From NCBI GenBank assembly GCA_963666315.2, contig CAXXHG010000032.1, forward strand, positions 104,248-168,247: 64,000 bases of DNA, in the 5' to 3' direction. Within the stretch, counting starts at the first letter, position 1, and each line of letters opens with the position of its first letter. Below, piece after piece: positions 48,880-57,733 of this stretch. The translations under genes and the position numbers were made by a program. The notes under the pieces were generated by a model. That model was not told the origin of the DNA and did not search any database. It saw nothing but the letters and a program-made list of their open reading frames with translations. This DNA is from Candidatus Binatia bacterium. Lineage in GTDB: Bacteria; Desulfobacterota; Binatia; Bin18.

Positions 48880-49776
48880 GTGCGTATCTTTGCCCCAGCA
48901 AAAGTCAATCTTTTTCTGCGTATTGTCGGCCGCCGGTCCGATGGTTATCACTTGCTGTATTCTCTCATGGCTCCGGTGAGTTTATATGACGCAATTGAGA
49001 TTCAGGCCGAGAGGCGAGCGCAAAACGAGTCACGAGTCACATTGACCTGTGACAAGCCGGACCTGCCGACTGACCAATCGAATCTTGCCTGTCGAGCCGC
49101 TCTACTCATATGTAGAGCAACCGACACTACAGCGACTATGAGGATTGATCTGCAAAAAAATATTCCGGCCGGTGCAGGTTTAGGCGGTGGGAGTAGCGAT
49201 GCCGCCGCCGTGCTCAAGGCCCTCAATCGTTTGCTGTCCTTGGGGCTGAATGTCTCCCAACTCTGCCAGCTGGCAGCGCAAATCGGGACGGACGTCCCTT
49301 TTTTCATCCCTTGTGGCTTAGCCCGAGTAAGCGGGGTTGGGGAAATCCTGACTCCTCTTGCGCCTCTCCCTCGGCGCTGGCTGGTGATTGTAGTGCCGTC
49401 TATTGCTGTTTCTACACCATGGGCCTATCGGCGCTTTGATGAGCTTTCCCCTGACGTGGAGTGCCTCCCCGCCGATTTGGATGTGGAGTGCCCCCCCGCC
49501 GATTCGACACTGCAAATCACAGCGCAGCAGTGGCCGGACGTCGGTGTTTTTGTCAACGACCTTGAGCAGGCCGTTTTGCCGGAACACCCGCTCATCGCAC
49601 AGAGCAAGCGTCGGCTTCTTGAACTCGGTGCTGAGATGGCCCTGATGTCTGGCAGTGGCTCTGCCGTCTTCGGCGTCTTTGCACAGCACTTCCAGGCCCA
49701 GCAGGCTGCAGCGACTTTCACCGACTCCGAACAGGCGTTTGTTGTGACACTAGTAGAGCAGGCTCCGGAAGAGTGA
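48880..49776 (+). CDS. ispE: 4-diphosphocytidyl-2-C-methyl-D-erythritol kinase
   Basis: APAKVNLFL, DGYH, KNIPAGAGLGGGSSDAA, MSGSGS. Confidence 0.95.
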   Translation: MRIFAPAKVNLFLRIVGRRSDGYHLLYSLMAPVSLYDAIEIQAERRAQNESRVTLTCDKPDLPTDQSNLACRAALLICRATDTTATMRIDLQKNIPAGAGLGGGSSDAAAVLKALNRLLSLGLNVSQLCQLAAQIGTDVPFFIPCGLARVSGVGEILTPLAPLPRRWLVIVVPSIAVSTPWAYRRFDELSPDVECLPADLDVECPPADSTLQITAQQWPDVGVFVNDLEQAVLPEHPLIAQSKRRLLELGAEMALMSGSGSAVFGVFAQHFQAQQAAATFTDSEQAFVVTLVEQAPEE

Positions 49777-50063
49777 TTTCTTCTGCCTTCATTAGCATCG
49801 CTGTTATACTGTCACAGGTGGGAGCGCAGGTTGCTCTCTTGCTATCAACCGCGGTAGACTCTCTCCAGGAAAGGTGCTAAGAACATCGACCTCGAATGGC
49901 AGCTTGATCTTCTATAATCGGCTGATTTCATTTGACAATTGAACGACAATGGAATGCTAGTATAGTCTGTCCGGTTAAGGAGGGTGGGTGGAAGTGCTGG
50001 TTGAGCTAGTCGTACGTGAAGAAAAGAATAAAGACAGCGAGAGGGGAAGAGCAGCCGTAGTGA

Positions 50064-50137
50064 TGGGGAGTAGCCAAGTCTGGCAAGGCACCGGGTTTTG
50101 GTCCCGGCATTCGCAGGTTCGAATCCTGCCTCCCCAG
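50064..50137 (+). tRNA. tRNA-Gln (TTG)
   Basis: Cloverleaf TGGGGAG...CTCCCCA-G, anticodon arm CCGGG-TTTTGGT-CCCGG, T-loop GGTTCGAATCC; canonical ispE-tRNA-Gln-prs position. CCA is not encoded. Confidence 0.95.
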
Positions 50138-50184
50138 CTGCCTTTCTGGGACGAGGTCGTAGTAGCCTGTTCATGTGAGACGCC

Positions 50185-51150
50185 GTGTTAAAAATATTTG
50201 CTGGAAATTCAAATCTCCCGCTTGCGCAAGAGATTTGCGCTTCCCAGGACAGTTCACTCGGTACGGCTGATATCCGTACGTTTAGTGATGGTGAGATCGC
50301 GGTTGAGATCACGGAGAACGTCCGTGGGGGCGACATCTTTGTCGTCCAGTCCATCTGTACTCCTGGCAACGATCATCTGATGGAGCTGCTCCTGATGATA
50401 GATGCCTTCAAGCGCGCGTCGGCCAATCGTATTACCGCTGTGATCCCGTATTATGGATACGCCCGACAAGACCGAAAAGTTGCACCCCGGGTGCCCATTA
50501 GTGCCAAACTGGTTGCCGACTTAATAACGACGGCTGGCGCGTCTCGGGTGCTGACCGTTGAATTACACGCCGGACAGATCCAGGGCTTTTTTAACATCCC
50601 TGTCGATAATCTCTTTTCTTCGCAGGTCTTATTGCCGTATTTGCAGTCTCGGATCGGCCGTGAGCCCGTCAGTGTTGTTTCGCCCGATGCCGGAGGGGTG
50701 GAGCGTGCACGCGCATTCGCTAAGCGCATGGGGGCGTCTTTAGCAATTATTGATAAACGCCGTGCCCAGGAGGAGGACAGTGCGATTGACGGAAAAGCGA
50801 ACCGCGACGTTGTCGAAATGAATGTCATTGGTGAGGTTGATGGGCGTATCGCTATTCTGGTTGATGATATGGTAGACACCGCAGGAACGTTGACGGCAGC
50901 GGCCGACGCGATCCAGGCTGCCGGCGCAAAGTCGGTGATTGCCTGCTGTACCCATGCGGTGCTGTCCGGGCCGGCTATCGAGCGCATCCAGGCCTCAGCC
51001 CTCGAAGAGTTGGTTGTCACAAACTCCATTCCACTCAGGCCAGAGGCACGAGCTGTTGAGAAAATTCGGGTCCTTTCTTTGGCCCCGCTTATTGGAGAAG
51101 CCATCCGTCGGATACATAATGAAGAATCAATTAGCTCCTTGTTTGCGTAA
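50185..51150 (+). CDS. prs: Ribose-phosphate pyrophosphokinase
   Basis: [35 protein letters not shown]. Confidence 0.97.
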   Translation: MLKIFAGNSNLPLAQEICASQDSSLGTADIRTFSDGEIAVEITENVRGGDIFVVQSICTPGNDHLMELLLMIDAFKRASANRITAVIPYYGYARQDRKVAPRVPISAKLVADLITTAGASRVLTVELHAGQIQGFFNIPVDNLFSSQVLLPYLQSRIGREPVSVVSPDAGGVERARAFAKRMGASLAIIDKRRAQEEDSAIDGKANRDVVEMNVIGEVDGRIAILVDDMVDTAGTLTAAADAIQAAGAKSVIACCTHAVLSGPAIERIQASALEELVVTNSIPLRPEARAVEKIRVLSLAPLIGEAIRRIHNEESISSLFA

Positions 51151-51173
51151 GATCCAAAGAGAAAAGGATATCA

Positions 51174-51833
51174 ATGGAAACCATAAAACTCAGTGTTGTG
51201 CCAAGACAAGAAAAAGGCAAAGGCAAAGCTGGCCGACTGCGTAGGAGTGGCAAGGTGCCTGGAATCTTTTATGGTCCAGGCAAAGAGGCTGTTTCGGTGT
51301 GTGTGAATACACGCGAGTTTCAGCAGCAGGTCGCAGACCTCGAGGGATCACACCTCATCCAGTTCCTCTCAGAGGAAGCAGAGCTGAATGAAAAAATTGT
51401 ACTGCTCAAAGAGGTGCAGCAGGATCCGATAACAACAGACCCGCTCCATATTGACTTTTATGCGATCGATGTGAACGTGCCTGTCCAAGTTGGGGTGGTG
51501 CTCCATCTGACGGGTCGAGCGGAAGGCGTGACTGCTGGTGGTTCTCTACAACACGCCCGGCGGGAAGTGAGGCTGGAATGCCTGCCGCTCGATATCCCGG
51601 ATTTCATTGAGATTGATGTGTCGCATTTAGGTATTAGCGATGCCATCCACGTTAAAGATCTGACTCTCCCGCCGAACGTCAAGTCTTTGGATGACGCACA
51701 GCTCATGCTTGTGTCTGTGGCTGCCCCGGTTGCAGAACCAACGACTGAGGAAGAGGCTGTGGAAGGTGAGACAGCGGCTGCAGAGGGTGAAACTCCAGCT
51801 GAGGGGGAAGGCGAGGCGCGCTCTACTGAGTAA
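51174..51833 (+). CDS. rplY: 50S ribosomal protein L25 (Ctc-type long form)
   Basis: GKGKAGRLRRSGKVPGIFYG, HIDF, GVTAGG, acidic tail. Confidence 0.95.
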   Translation: METIKLSVVPRQEKGKGKAGRLRRSGKVPGIFYGPGKEAVSVCVNTREFQQQVADLEGSHLIQFLSEEAELNEKIVLLKEVQQDPITTDPLHIDFYAIDVNVPVQVGVVLHLTGRAEGVTAGGSLQHARREVRLECLPLDIPDFIEIDVSHLGISDAIHVKDLTLPPNVKSLDDAQLMLVSVAAPVAEPTTEEEAVEGETAAAEGETPAEGEGEARSTE

Positions 51834-51901
51834 TGCCCCTGACGGGCTGCGGGGTGTGAAGTGCACTCGTCCTTGATGTAATAGCGAGATGAAATGCGAT
51901 A

Positions 51902-52501
51902 ATGCGCGTCATTATAGGACTCGGAAATCCTGGCCGGCGCTACGAAAAGACCCGTCACAATATGGGCTTTCGGGTGATTGATGAACTCGCAATACGTTGG
52001 GGAGTCCAGCTTTCACAGTACGAATGCTCTTCTCGGCTGGGGCGGACGAGCCGGCACGGGGAACACGTCAGTCTTATGCAACCCCAGACATATATGAATA
52101 GGAGTGGTGAAGCTGCTGCCTGCTTGTGTGAAACCTACCAATTGCAGCCAACAGATTTTGTTGTGGTATATGACGATTTAGATCTCTCGCTGGGCCGTCT
52201 CCGCATTAAGCGGACGGGTGGATCTGGGGGGCATGGCGGGATTGCATCGATTATCGCGGCTCTGGCAGGCTCTGACTTTGCTCGGATAAAGATCGGAATT
52301 GGTCGCCCACCGGCTAGGCTTGATCCAGTCGATTTTGTTCTCCAGCCCTTTACTCGGGAAGAAGAAGCCTTTATTCTCCCGGCGGCGCAACATGCCGCTG
52401 CGGCGGTTGAGGCCGTCCTTGCCGAGGGGCTTGAGCGTGCCATGGCGTCATTTAACGGCGTCGATAGTATGCGGCATGCAAGTCCTGCGCAGGGGGAGTA
52501 G
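51902..52501 (+). CDS. pth: Peptidyl-tRNA hydrolase
   Basis: GLGNPG...TRHNMGF, PQTYMNRSG, YDDLDL, GGHGG. Confidence 0.96.
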   Translation: MRVIIGLGNPGRRYEKTRHNMGFRVIDELAIRWGVQLSQYECSSRLGRTSRHGEHVSLMQPQTYMNRSGEAAACLCETYQLQPTDFVVVYDDLDLSLGRLRIKRTGGSGGHGGIASIIAALAGSDFARIKIGIGRPPARLDPVDFVLQPFTREEEAFILPAAQHAAAAVEAVLAEGLERAMASFNGVDSMRHASPAQGE

Positions 52502-52573
52502 TCTGAAAACCTAGCCTCATCCGTTCTGTGTTGTCTATTGTACGCGATAAAGAGAGGCCCATCGGAGGAGTTC

Positions 52574-53248
52574 ATGCCGATTTATGAGACCCTATATATC
52601 CTCCACCCGGAACTGTCTGCAGTTCGGGTGAAGGAAGTCGTCGCAGGAATGCAAAAGACCCTCGAAGAGAGTCAGGCAAAAATGCTGCAGGTTGAAGAGT
52701 GGGGGCTGCGAAACCTAGCCTATGACATTCAGAAGCAAAAACGCGGATATTATGTGCGCTTCGAATACGATTCTCCTCCTCAGGCCGTCAGAGACTTGGA
52801 ACGGGTCTTGCGCTTAAGCGAAGACGCCCTGCGGTTCTTATCAGTCGCGCGCTCTGCACCGTCGGAAGGGCCAGATCCGAGATCTCAGTCATCTACACCT
52901 GATACACCTGAAGAGCCGGAAGCTCAGGCAGCGGTTTCAGAATCTACATCTGCCGAAGCGGTCGCTTCAGAACCAGCCGAAGCGGTGGCTGCTGAGCCAG
53001 CTGCTCCAGCCGAAGCCGAAGCGGTGGCTGCTGAGCCAGCTGCTCCAGCCGAAGCCGAAGCGGTGGCTGCTGAGCCAGCTGAAGCTGCTGAACTGAAAGC
53101 GGTCGCTCCTGGGTCAGGAGCGGGGGATGCTCCGCAGTCCACTGCTCCTGAAGAAGGGATAGGCGATGCACCCCAAGCTGCCGCTCCAGAAGGAGAGGTG
53201 AGTGAGTCTGCTTCAGGGGATTCAGAGGAAAATACAGAAGGACAATGA
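52574..53248 (+). CDS. rpsF: 30S ribosomal protein S6 with a long acidic repetitive tail
   Basis: YETLYILHP, EEWGLRNLAYDIQK..RGYY; about 130 aa Ala/Glu/Pro tail. Confidence 0.93.
   Translation: MPIYETLYILHPELSAVRVKEVVAGMQKTLEESQAKMLQVEEWGLRNLAYDIQKQKRGYYVRFEYDSPPQAVRDLERVLRLSEDALRFLSVARSAPSEGPDPRSQSSTPDTPEEPEAQAAVSESTSAEAVASEPAEAVAAEPAAPAEAEAVAAEPAAPAEAEAVAAEPAEAAELKAVAPGSGAGDAPQSTAPEEGIGDAPQAAAPEGEVSESASGDSEENTEGQ
52976..53080 (+). repeat. 39-bp in-frame tandem repeat (about 2.7 copies) in the rpsF tail
   Basis: GCCGAAGCGGTGGCTGCTGAGCCAGCTGCTCCAGCCGAA, encoding AEAVAAEPAAPAE. Confidence 0.85.
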
Positions 53249-53264
53249 GACGTGAGTCTTTTGT

Positions 53265-53576
53265 GTGAGGACGGGATACCATAAAGTCATCTTTCCTGGT
53301 CGGATCCATCGGAGTCCGGAATTGAGGCGTACCCCAGACGGAGGGGCGGTCGGGACGTTCTCCTTATTGGTGCCGAAGAGTACAGAGAAAGAAGACGATC
53401 TTTTTGTTGACGTTGTGGTTTTTCGGACACTTGCAGAAGAATATTGTCCATTATTGACATACGGGAAATCCGTTCTTGTGGAAGGAATGTTGGCTCCTGG
53501 TCGATGGAATAAGGCCGAAGGCGCGATACGTAATACCTACGAAGTGCGAGCTTCCCTGATTCGGATTATTGAGTGA
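53265..53576 (+). CDS. Short SSB/PriB-like OB-fold protein
   Basis: KVIFPGRI.RSPELR.TP.G.AV..FSL, DVVVF..LAE, GKSVLVEG.L; no acidic DDDIPF-type tail; lies between rpsF and rpsR. Confidence 0.75.
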   Translation: MRTGYHKVIFPGRIHRSPELRRTPDGGAVGTFSLLVPKSTEKEDDLFVDVVVFRTLAEEYCPLLTYGKSVLVEGMLAPGRWNKAEGAIRNTYEVRASLIRIIE

Positions 53577-53630
53577 CGAATAAAGCGAATAGCAAAAGAT
53601 GAACACTGCTGAGCAGTAAAGGGAGTGACT

Positions 53631-53912
53631 ATGCCAGGACCACCCAGAGGCAAGTTTAACCGGCGAGGCGCGGGAGATGATAGATATCCCCGACGGCGCA
53701 TGCGCCCGAAAGTCTGTCGTTTTTGTGTGGATAAGAAGGATTCCATCGACTTTAAAGAAACTTCTCTACTCGGAGATTTTATTACCGAGCGAGGGAAGAT
53801 TATCCCGAGCCGTATCACCGGTACGTGTTTTTGGCACCAGAGGAAACTCACCCTCGCCATTAAACAAGCACGCGCGATCGCGTTGCTGCCCTACGCTGCC
53901 GCTCAGGTGTGA
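53631..53912 (+). CDS. rpsR: 30S ribosomal protein S18 (zinc-ribbon type)
   Basis: [37 protein letters not shown]. Confidence 0.96.
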   Translation: MPGPPRGKFNRRGAGDDRYPRRRMRPKVCRFCVDKKDSIDFKETSLLGDFITERGKIIPSRITGTCFWHQRKLTLAIKQARAIALLPYAAAQV

Positions 53913-53991
53913 TCGAGTCCTCTCTGAGCTATGCGTACTGTGTAGTGTTTAGTTGTATTTTTACGGATGCTCGCGTAAGGTAAGGGCCAGT

Positions 53992-54444
53992 ATGGAGATC
54001 ATTTTACAAGAAGAGGTGATGAATCTTGGCCAGATCGGAGATATGGTCAAGGTGAAGAATGGCTATGCACGGAACTATCTACTTCCCCGTGGTTTGGCCG
54101 TTGTGGCGAATCGACGCAATATTCGTGTCCTGCATCATCAAAAGCGTCTTGCTACGGAGAAAAAGGAAAGTGTGCAAAAGCAGGTAAACGTCTTAACGGC
54201 GCGGCTTTCGAGTCTCACCATTGCTATTCCCGCTCGTGCTGGTGAGGGAGAAAAGCTGTTTGGTTCTGTTACGAATATCGATATTGAGAAAGCGCTCCAG
54301 GCGCAAGGTGTGAGCGTAGATCGTCGGAGAATTATCCTTGTTGAGCCGATTAAACAGCTCGGGACCTATGAGGTTCCAGTGCGTTTAAGTGGGGGAGTCC
54401 AGGCGAAAGTGACCGTTCAAGTCACACCGGAAAACGCGGACTGA
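53992..54444 (+). CDS. rplI: 50S ribosomal protein L9
   Basis: LGQIGDMVKVKNGYARNYLLPRG, KLFGSVT. Confidence 0.97.
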   Translation: MEIILQEEVMNLGQIGDMVKVKNGYARNYLLPRGLAVVANRRNIRVLHHQKRLATEKKESVQKQVNVLTARLSSLTIAIPARAGEGEKLFGSVTNIDIEKALQAQGVSVDRRRIILVEPIKQLGTYEVPVRLSGGVQAKVTVQVTPENAD

Positions 54445-54513
54445 ATCTTTTCTTGAAATACTATGGGAAAGCTAGTACGCATCAAACAAATATTCGATAG
54501 CGGAGCGATTTGC

Positions 54514-54585
54514 AGGCGCGTAGCTCAGTGGGAGAGCACTTCCTTGACACGGAAGGGGTCGGCGGTTCAATCCCGCCCGTGCCTA
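54514..54585 (+). tRNA. tRNA-Val (GAC)
   Basis: AGGCGCG...CGTGCCT-A acceptor stem, anticodon arm CTTCC-TTGACAC-GGAAG, T-loop GGTTCAATCC; upstream of thrS. Confidence 0.95.
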
Positions 54586-54660
54586 TAGTGCATGAAAAAT
54601 CAGAGCCAATACGTGTTCACGGCTGGAAGATAAATACATCCTTCCTATGCTGAATAGGGG

Positions 54661-54698
54661 GGAAAGAGGCATCCGTTACTGACGCCTCTTTCCTTTTT
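54661..54698 (+). terminator. Hairpin and U-tract immediately before thrS (terminator or attenuator)
   Basis: GGAAAGAGGC...GCCTCTTTCC followed by TTTTT. Confidence 0.5.
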
Positions 54699-54701
54699 CG
54701 T

Positions 54702-56627
54702 ATGAGTGAAGCTGCTCAAAATATTGTACCCGAAGCCCACGGACAAGCCTCTGCCGACAAGGTCGGCGACAATACAGGCAATCCGGAATCGCAAGACCTA
54801 CGCCGTCGTGCGCCCCAGGCCATTGCCGCACCGGTGGATGGAAAAGTCGTGGACTTGTCATCTCCTCTTATCACCAAGGATGCCGAGCCTATTCTCCCGT
54901 CCTCGCCTGAAGGACTCGAAGTCTTACGCCATTCGACCACCCATCTGATGGCACAAGCCGTGAAACGCCTCTTTCCTGCTGTACAGATCACCATTGGGCC
55001 CGTTATTAAGAACGGTTTCTATTACGATTTTAAACATGATGGTTCGTTTACCCCCGAAGATTTAGAACGCATCGAAGCCGAGATGCGCTCTATTGTGAAA
55101 GAAAACTTCCCGGTCAAGCGAGAAGAAGTCGCGCGCGATGATGCCGTCCGTCTTTTCCGAGAGATGGGGGAGCATTATAAAGCCGAGATTATTGAGAGCA
55201 TTCCAGGCGACGAGGTTCTTTCGCTCTACCGCCAAGGCGAGTTTGTGGATCTGTGTCGTGGTCCGCATGTTCCCTCAACCGGCCGGCTGCAGGCATTTAA
55301 GCTCACGAGTGTAGCCGGTGCCTATTGGCGTGGAGACGAAAAGAACGAGATGCTGCAGCGCATCTATGGAACGGCCTTTGCCACACCGAAAGAGCTGCGT
55401 CAGCACCTTGCCCTGCTTGAGGAAGCCAAGCGGCGTGACCATCGGCGCTTAGGAAGAGAACTCGATCTTTTCAGCTTCAATCCAGTTGCGCCGGGGAGTC
55501 CATTTTTTCACCCAAAAGGGACCCTGATCTACAATGAGCTCGTTGCGTATATACGCAGCCTGTATCAGCGCTACGGCTATCAAGAGGTTATCACCCCGCA
55601 GATTTTTGATGTCGAGGTGTGGCACCGCTCCGGACATTACGATAACTACAAAGAGCATATCTATTTTACTGAGGTCGAAGGACGGGACTTTGGTGTGAAG
55701 CCGATGAATTGTCCCGGCCATACGTATATCTATGCGGCTAAGAAGCGCTCATATCGGGACCTTCCGCTCCGTTATGCCGACTTTGGCCGGTTGCACCGCT
55801 TTGAACGCTCTGGGGTCTTATCGGGACTCACGAGGGTGCGCTCCTTTTCTCAAGATGATGCCCACATCTTTTGCACTCCGGAGCAAATCGAGACTGAAGT
55901 GGGTACGGTCTTACGCATGATTAATGAGGTCTACCGAACGTTCGGTTTCGAAGAGGTCCATTTTTATCTCGCAACACGTCCGGAAAAGCGTTTGGGGGAC
56001 GATGAGACCTGGGACCGAGCCGAAGCCGCTCTTTCCGCTGCGCTCAAGGCGAATGATGTCACCTTTGAGGTCAACGAGGCTGACGGTGCGTTTTACGGCC
56101 CGAAAATAGACTTTATCGTACTTGATGCCCTGCGCCGGGAATGGCAACTGGCCACTATCCAGCTCGACTTTATGCTTCCCGAGCGTTTTGATCTGACCTA
56201 TGTCACGGCCCAAGGCGACGAAGCACGACCGGTCATGATCCACCGTGCTGTCTTAGGGTCTATAGAACGTTTTATGGGCGTCCTCATCGAACACTGTGGT
56301 GGAGACTTCCCGCTGTGGCTGGCTCCCGTTCAGGCGAAGATCGTTACTGTGACTGATAATCAACACACATACGCGCGCTCAGTTGAGGAGCGGCTCCGAC
56401 AGGTCGGAATTCGCTGTGAACTCGACCTACGGAATGAAAAGCTTGGGTATAAAATCCGTGAAGCGGAAATGCAGAAGATCCCGTATACAGTCGTGATTGG
56501 GGACAAAGAGGTCCAAGCCGGTACGGTTGCCCCACGGGCGCGAAAACGAGAGAAGATCGCTCCGCTCGCCATTGAGGCATTTATCGAACGCTTGAACCAT
56601 GAGCGTGTCCCGGGAGGTGCACCATAG
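54702..56627 (+). CDS. thrS: Threonine--tRNA ligase
   Basis: LRHSTTHLMAQAV, DLCRGPH, RDHRRLG, KPMNCPGH, GAFYGPKID, MIHRA.LGS.ERF. Confidence 0.98.
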   Translation: MSEAAQNIVPEAHGQASADKVGDNTGNPESQDLRRRAPQAIAAPVDGKVVDLSSPLITKDAEPILPSSPEGLEVLRHSTTHLMAQAVKRLFPAVQITIGPVIKNGFYYDFKHDGSFTPEDLERIEAEMRSIVKENFPVKREEVARDDAVRLFREMGEHYKAEIIESIPGDEVLSLYRQGEFVDLCRGPHVPSTGRLQAFKLTSVAGAYWRGDEKNEMLQRIYGTAFATPKELRQHLALLEEAKRRDHRRLGRELDLFSFNPVAPGSPFFHPKGTLIYNELVAYIRSLYQRYGYQEVITPQIFDVEVWHRSGHYDNYKEHIYFTEVEGRDFGVKPMNCPGHTYIYAAKKRSYRDLPLRYADFGRLHRFERSGVLSGLTRVRSFSQDDAHIFCTPEQIETEVGTVLRMINEVYRTFGFEEVHFYLATRPEKRLGDDETWDRAEAALSAALKANDVTFEVNEADGAFYGPKIDFIVLDALRREWQLATIQLDFMLPERFDLTYVTAQGDEARPVMIHRAVLGSIERFMGVLIEHCGGDFPLWLAPVQAKIVTVTDNQHTYARSVEERLRQVGIRCELDLRNEKLGYKIREAEMQKIPYTVVIGDKEVQAGTVAPRARKREKIAPLAIEAFIERLNHERVPGGAP

Positions 56628-57139
56628 CTAGAGAAGCGGGAGTTCGGATTAATCAGCAGATTCGCGCTCGTGAGGTGCGAGTCATTGGCGCTGATGGAGA
56701 GCAGGTCGGTATTCAGCCGCTGGGCGAGGCATTCCGAGCAGCGATTGACCAAGGGCTCGACCTGGTAGAAATTGCAGCGAAGTCTTCTCCGCCTGTCTGC
56801 CGAGTCATGGATTATGGCAAATATCGCTACTTGCAGAAAAAGAAGGTTCAGGAGTCTAAGAAGCATCAGACCCAGGTGCTGGTGAAAGAAGTCAAGCTCG
56901 GCTCACGTACTAGCGAACATGATGTGGACTTCAAGATTAACCATATTCGTCGGTTTATCGAGAAAAAGCATCGGGTAAAAGTCTCGGTCTTTTTCCGGGG
57001 ACGAGAAATTACCCATCCGGAGATTGGGAAAGAGCTGCTCAAGCGTGTGTATGAAAAAGTAGAAGATGTCGCATCTCTCGAGACGCCACAGCCCCGCATG
57101 GAGGGGCGAAATATGTCAATTCTTGTTGTTCCGAGGTAA
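56624..57139 (+). CDS. infC: Translation initiation factor IF-3 with a non-canonical ATA start
   Basis: RBS GGAGGT, then ATA overlapping the thrS TAG, giving [22 protein letters not shown]...DYGKYRY...FRGRE. Confidence 0.93.
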   Translation: MAREAGVRINQQIRAREVRVIGADGEQVGIQPLGEAFRAAIDQGLDLVEIAAKSSPPVCRVMDYGKYRYLQKKKVQESKKHQTQVLVKEVKLGSRTSEHDVDFKINHIRRFIEKKHRVKVSVFFRGREITHPEIGKELLKRVYEKVEDVASLETPQPRMEGRNMSILVVPR

Positions 57140-57141
57140 CT

Positions 57142-57339
57142 ATGCCAAAGATTAAGACACGCCGTGGAGCGGCGAAACGGTTTAAGATCACGGGAACGGG
57201 GAAAGTGCGCCGTCGGCGGGCATACCTCCGGCATCAACTATCGGTAAAAACACGAAAGCAGAAACGGAATCTTGATCAACCAGCGCTGGTGGCAGCTGCT
57301 GATGTAAAGGTGATCAAGAAGTTGATTCCTTACCTGTAA
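57142..57339 (+). CDS. rpmI: 50S ribosomal protein L35
   Basis: [21 protein letters not shown]. Confidence 0.97.
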   Translation: MPKIKTRRGAAKRFKITGTGKVRRRRAYLRHQLSVKTRKQKRNLDQPALVAAADVKVIKKLIPYL

Positions 57340-57360
57340 AGACGGAGAGGAGAAGGAGAT

Positions 57361-57720
57361 ATGCCACGAGCAAGACGCGGCTTTAAGGCACGGCGGCGCA
57401 GAAAGCGCATTCTGAAACTGGCCAAGGGGTTTACGGGTGGGCGTCGACGCCAGTACCGCCAGGCCCGAGAGACCGTAGAGCGCGGCCTGGTCTATGCATA
57501 TCGGGATAGGCGCAATAAAAAGCGCGATTTTAGGCGCTTGTGGAACGTCCGTATTAATGCAGCTGCGCGACTGAACGGCCTCAATTATAATCGCTTAATT
57601 CATGGTTTGTCCCAGGCGAATGTCGAGATTGATCGCAAAATACTCGCGGCACTGGCTACGGAGGATCCTGCAGCTTTTGCTGCGGTCACAGAGCTAGCCA
57701 AGCAGCGTCTGGCTGCGTAA
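57361..57720 (+). CDS. rplT: 50S ribosomal protein L20
   Basis: [37 protein letters not shown]. Confidence 0.97.
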   Translation: MPRARRGFKARRRRKRILKLAKGFTGGRRRQYRQARETVERGLVYAYRDRRNKKRDFRRLWNVRINAAARLNGLNYNRLIHGLSQANVEIDRKILAALATEDPAAFAAVTELAKQRLAA

Positions 57721-57733
57721 TGGGATCAGGGAC

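Noticed and set aside
52502-52573. S6:S18 ribosomal leader RNA
   Set aside because: A GCCTC/GAGGC stem precedes the RBS, but I cannot verify the consensus by eye; it needs an Rfam scan.
54640-54701. T-box or tRNA-mimic operator upstream of thrS
   Set aside because: No T-box GGTGG.ACC consensus, and the hairpin loop does not match a Thr anticodon loop; kept only as a terminator-like hairpin.
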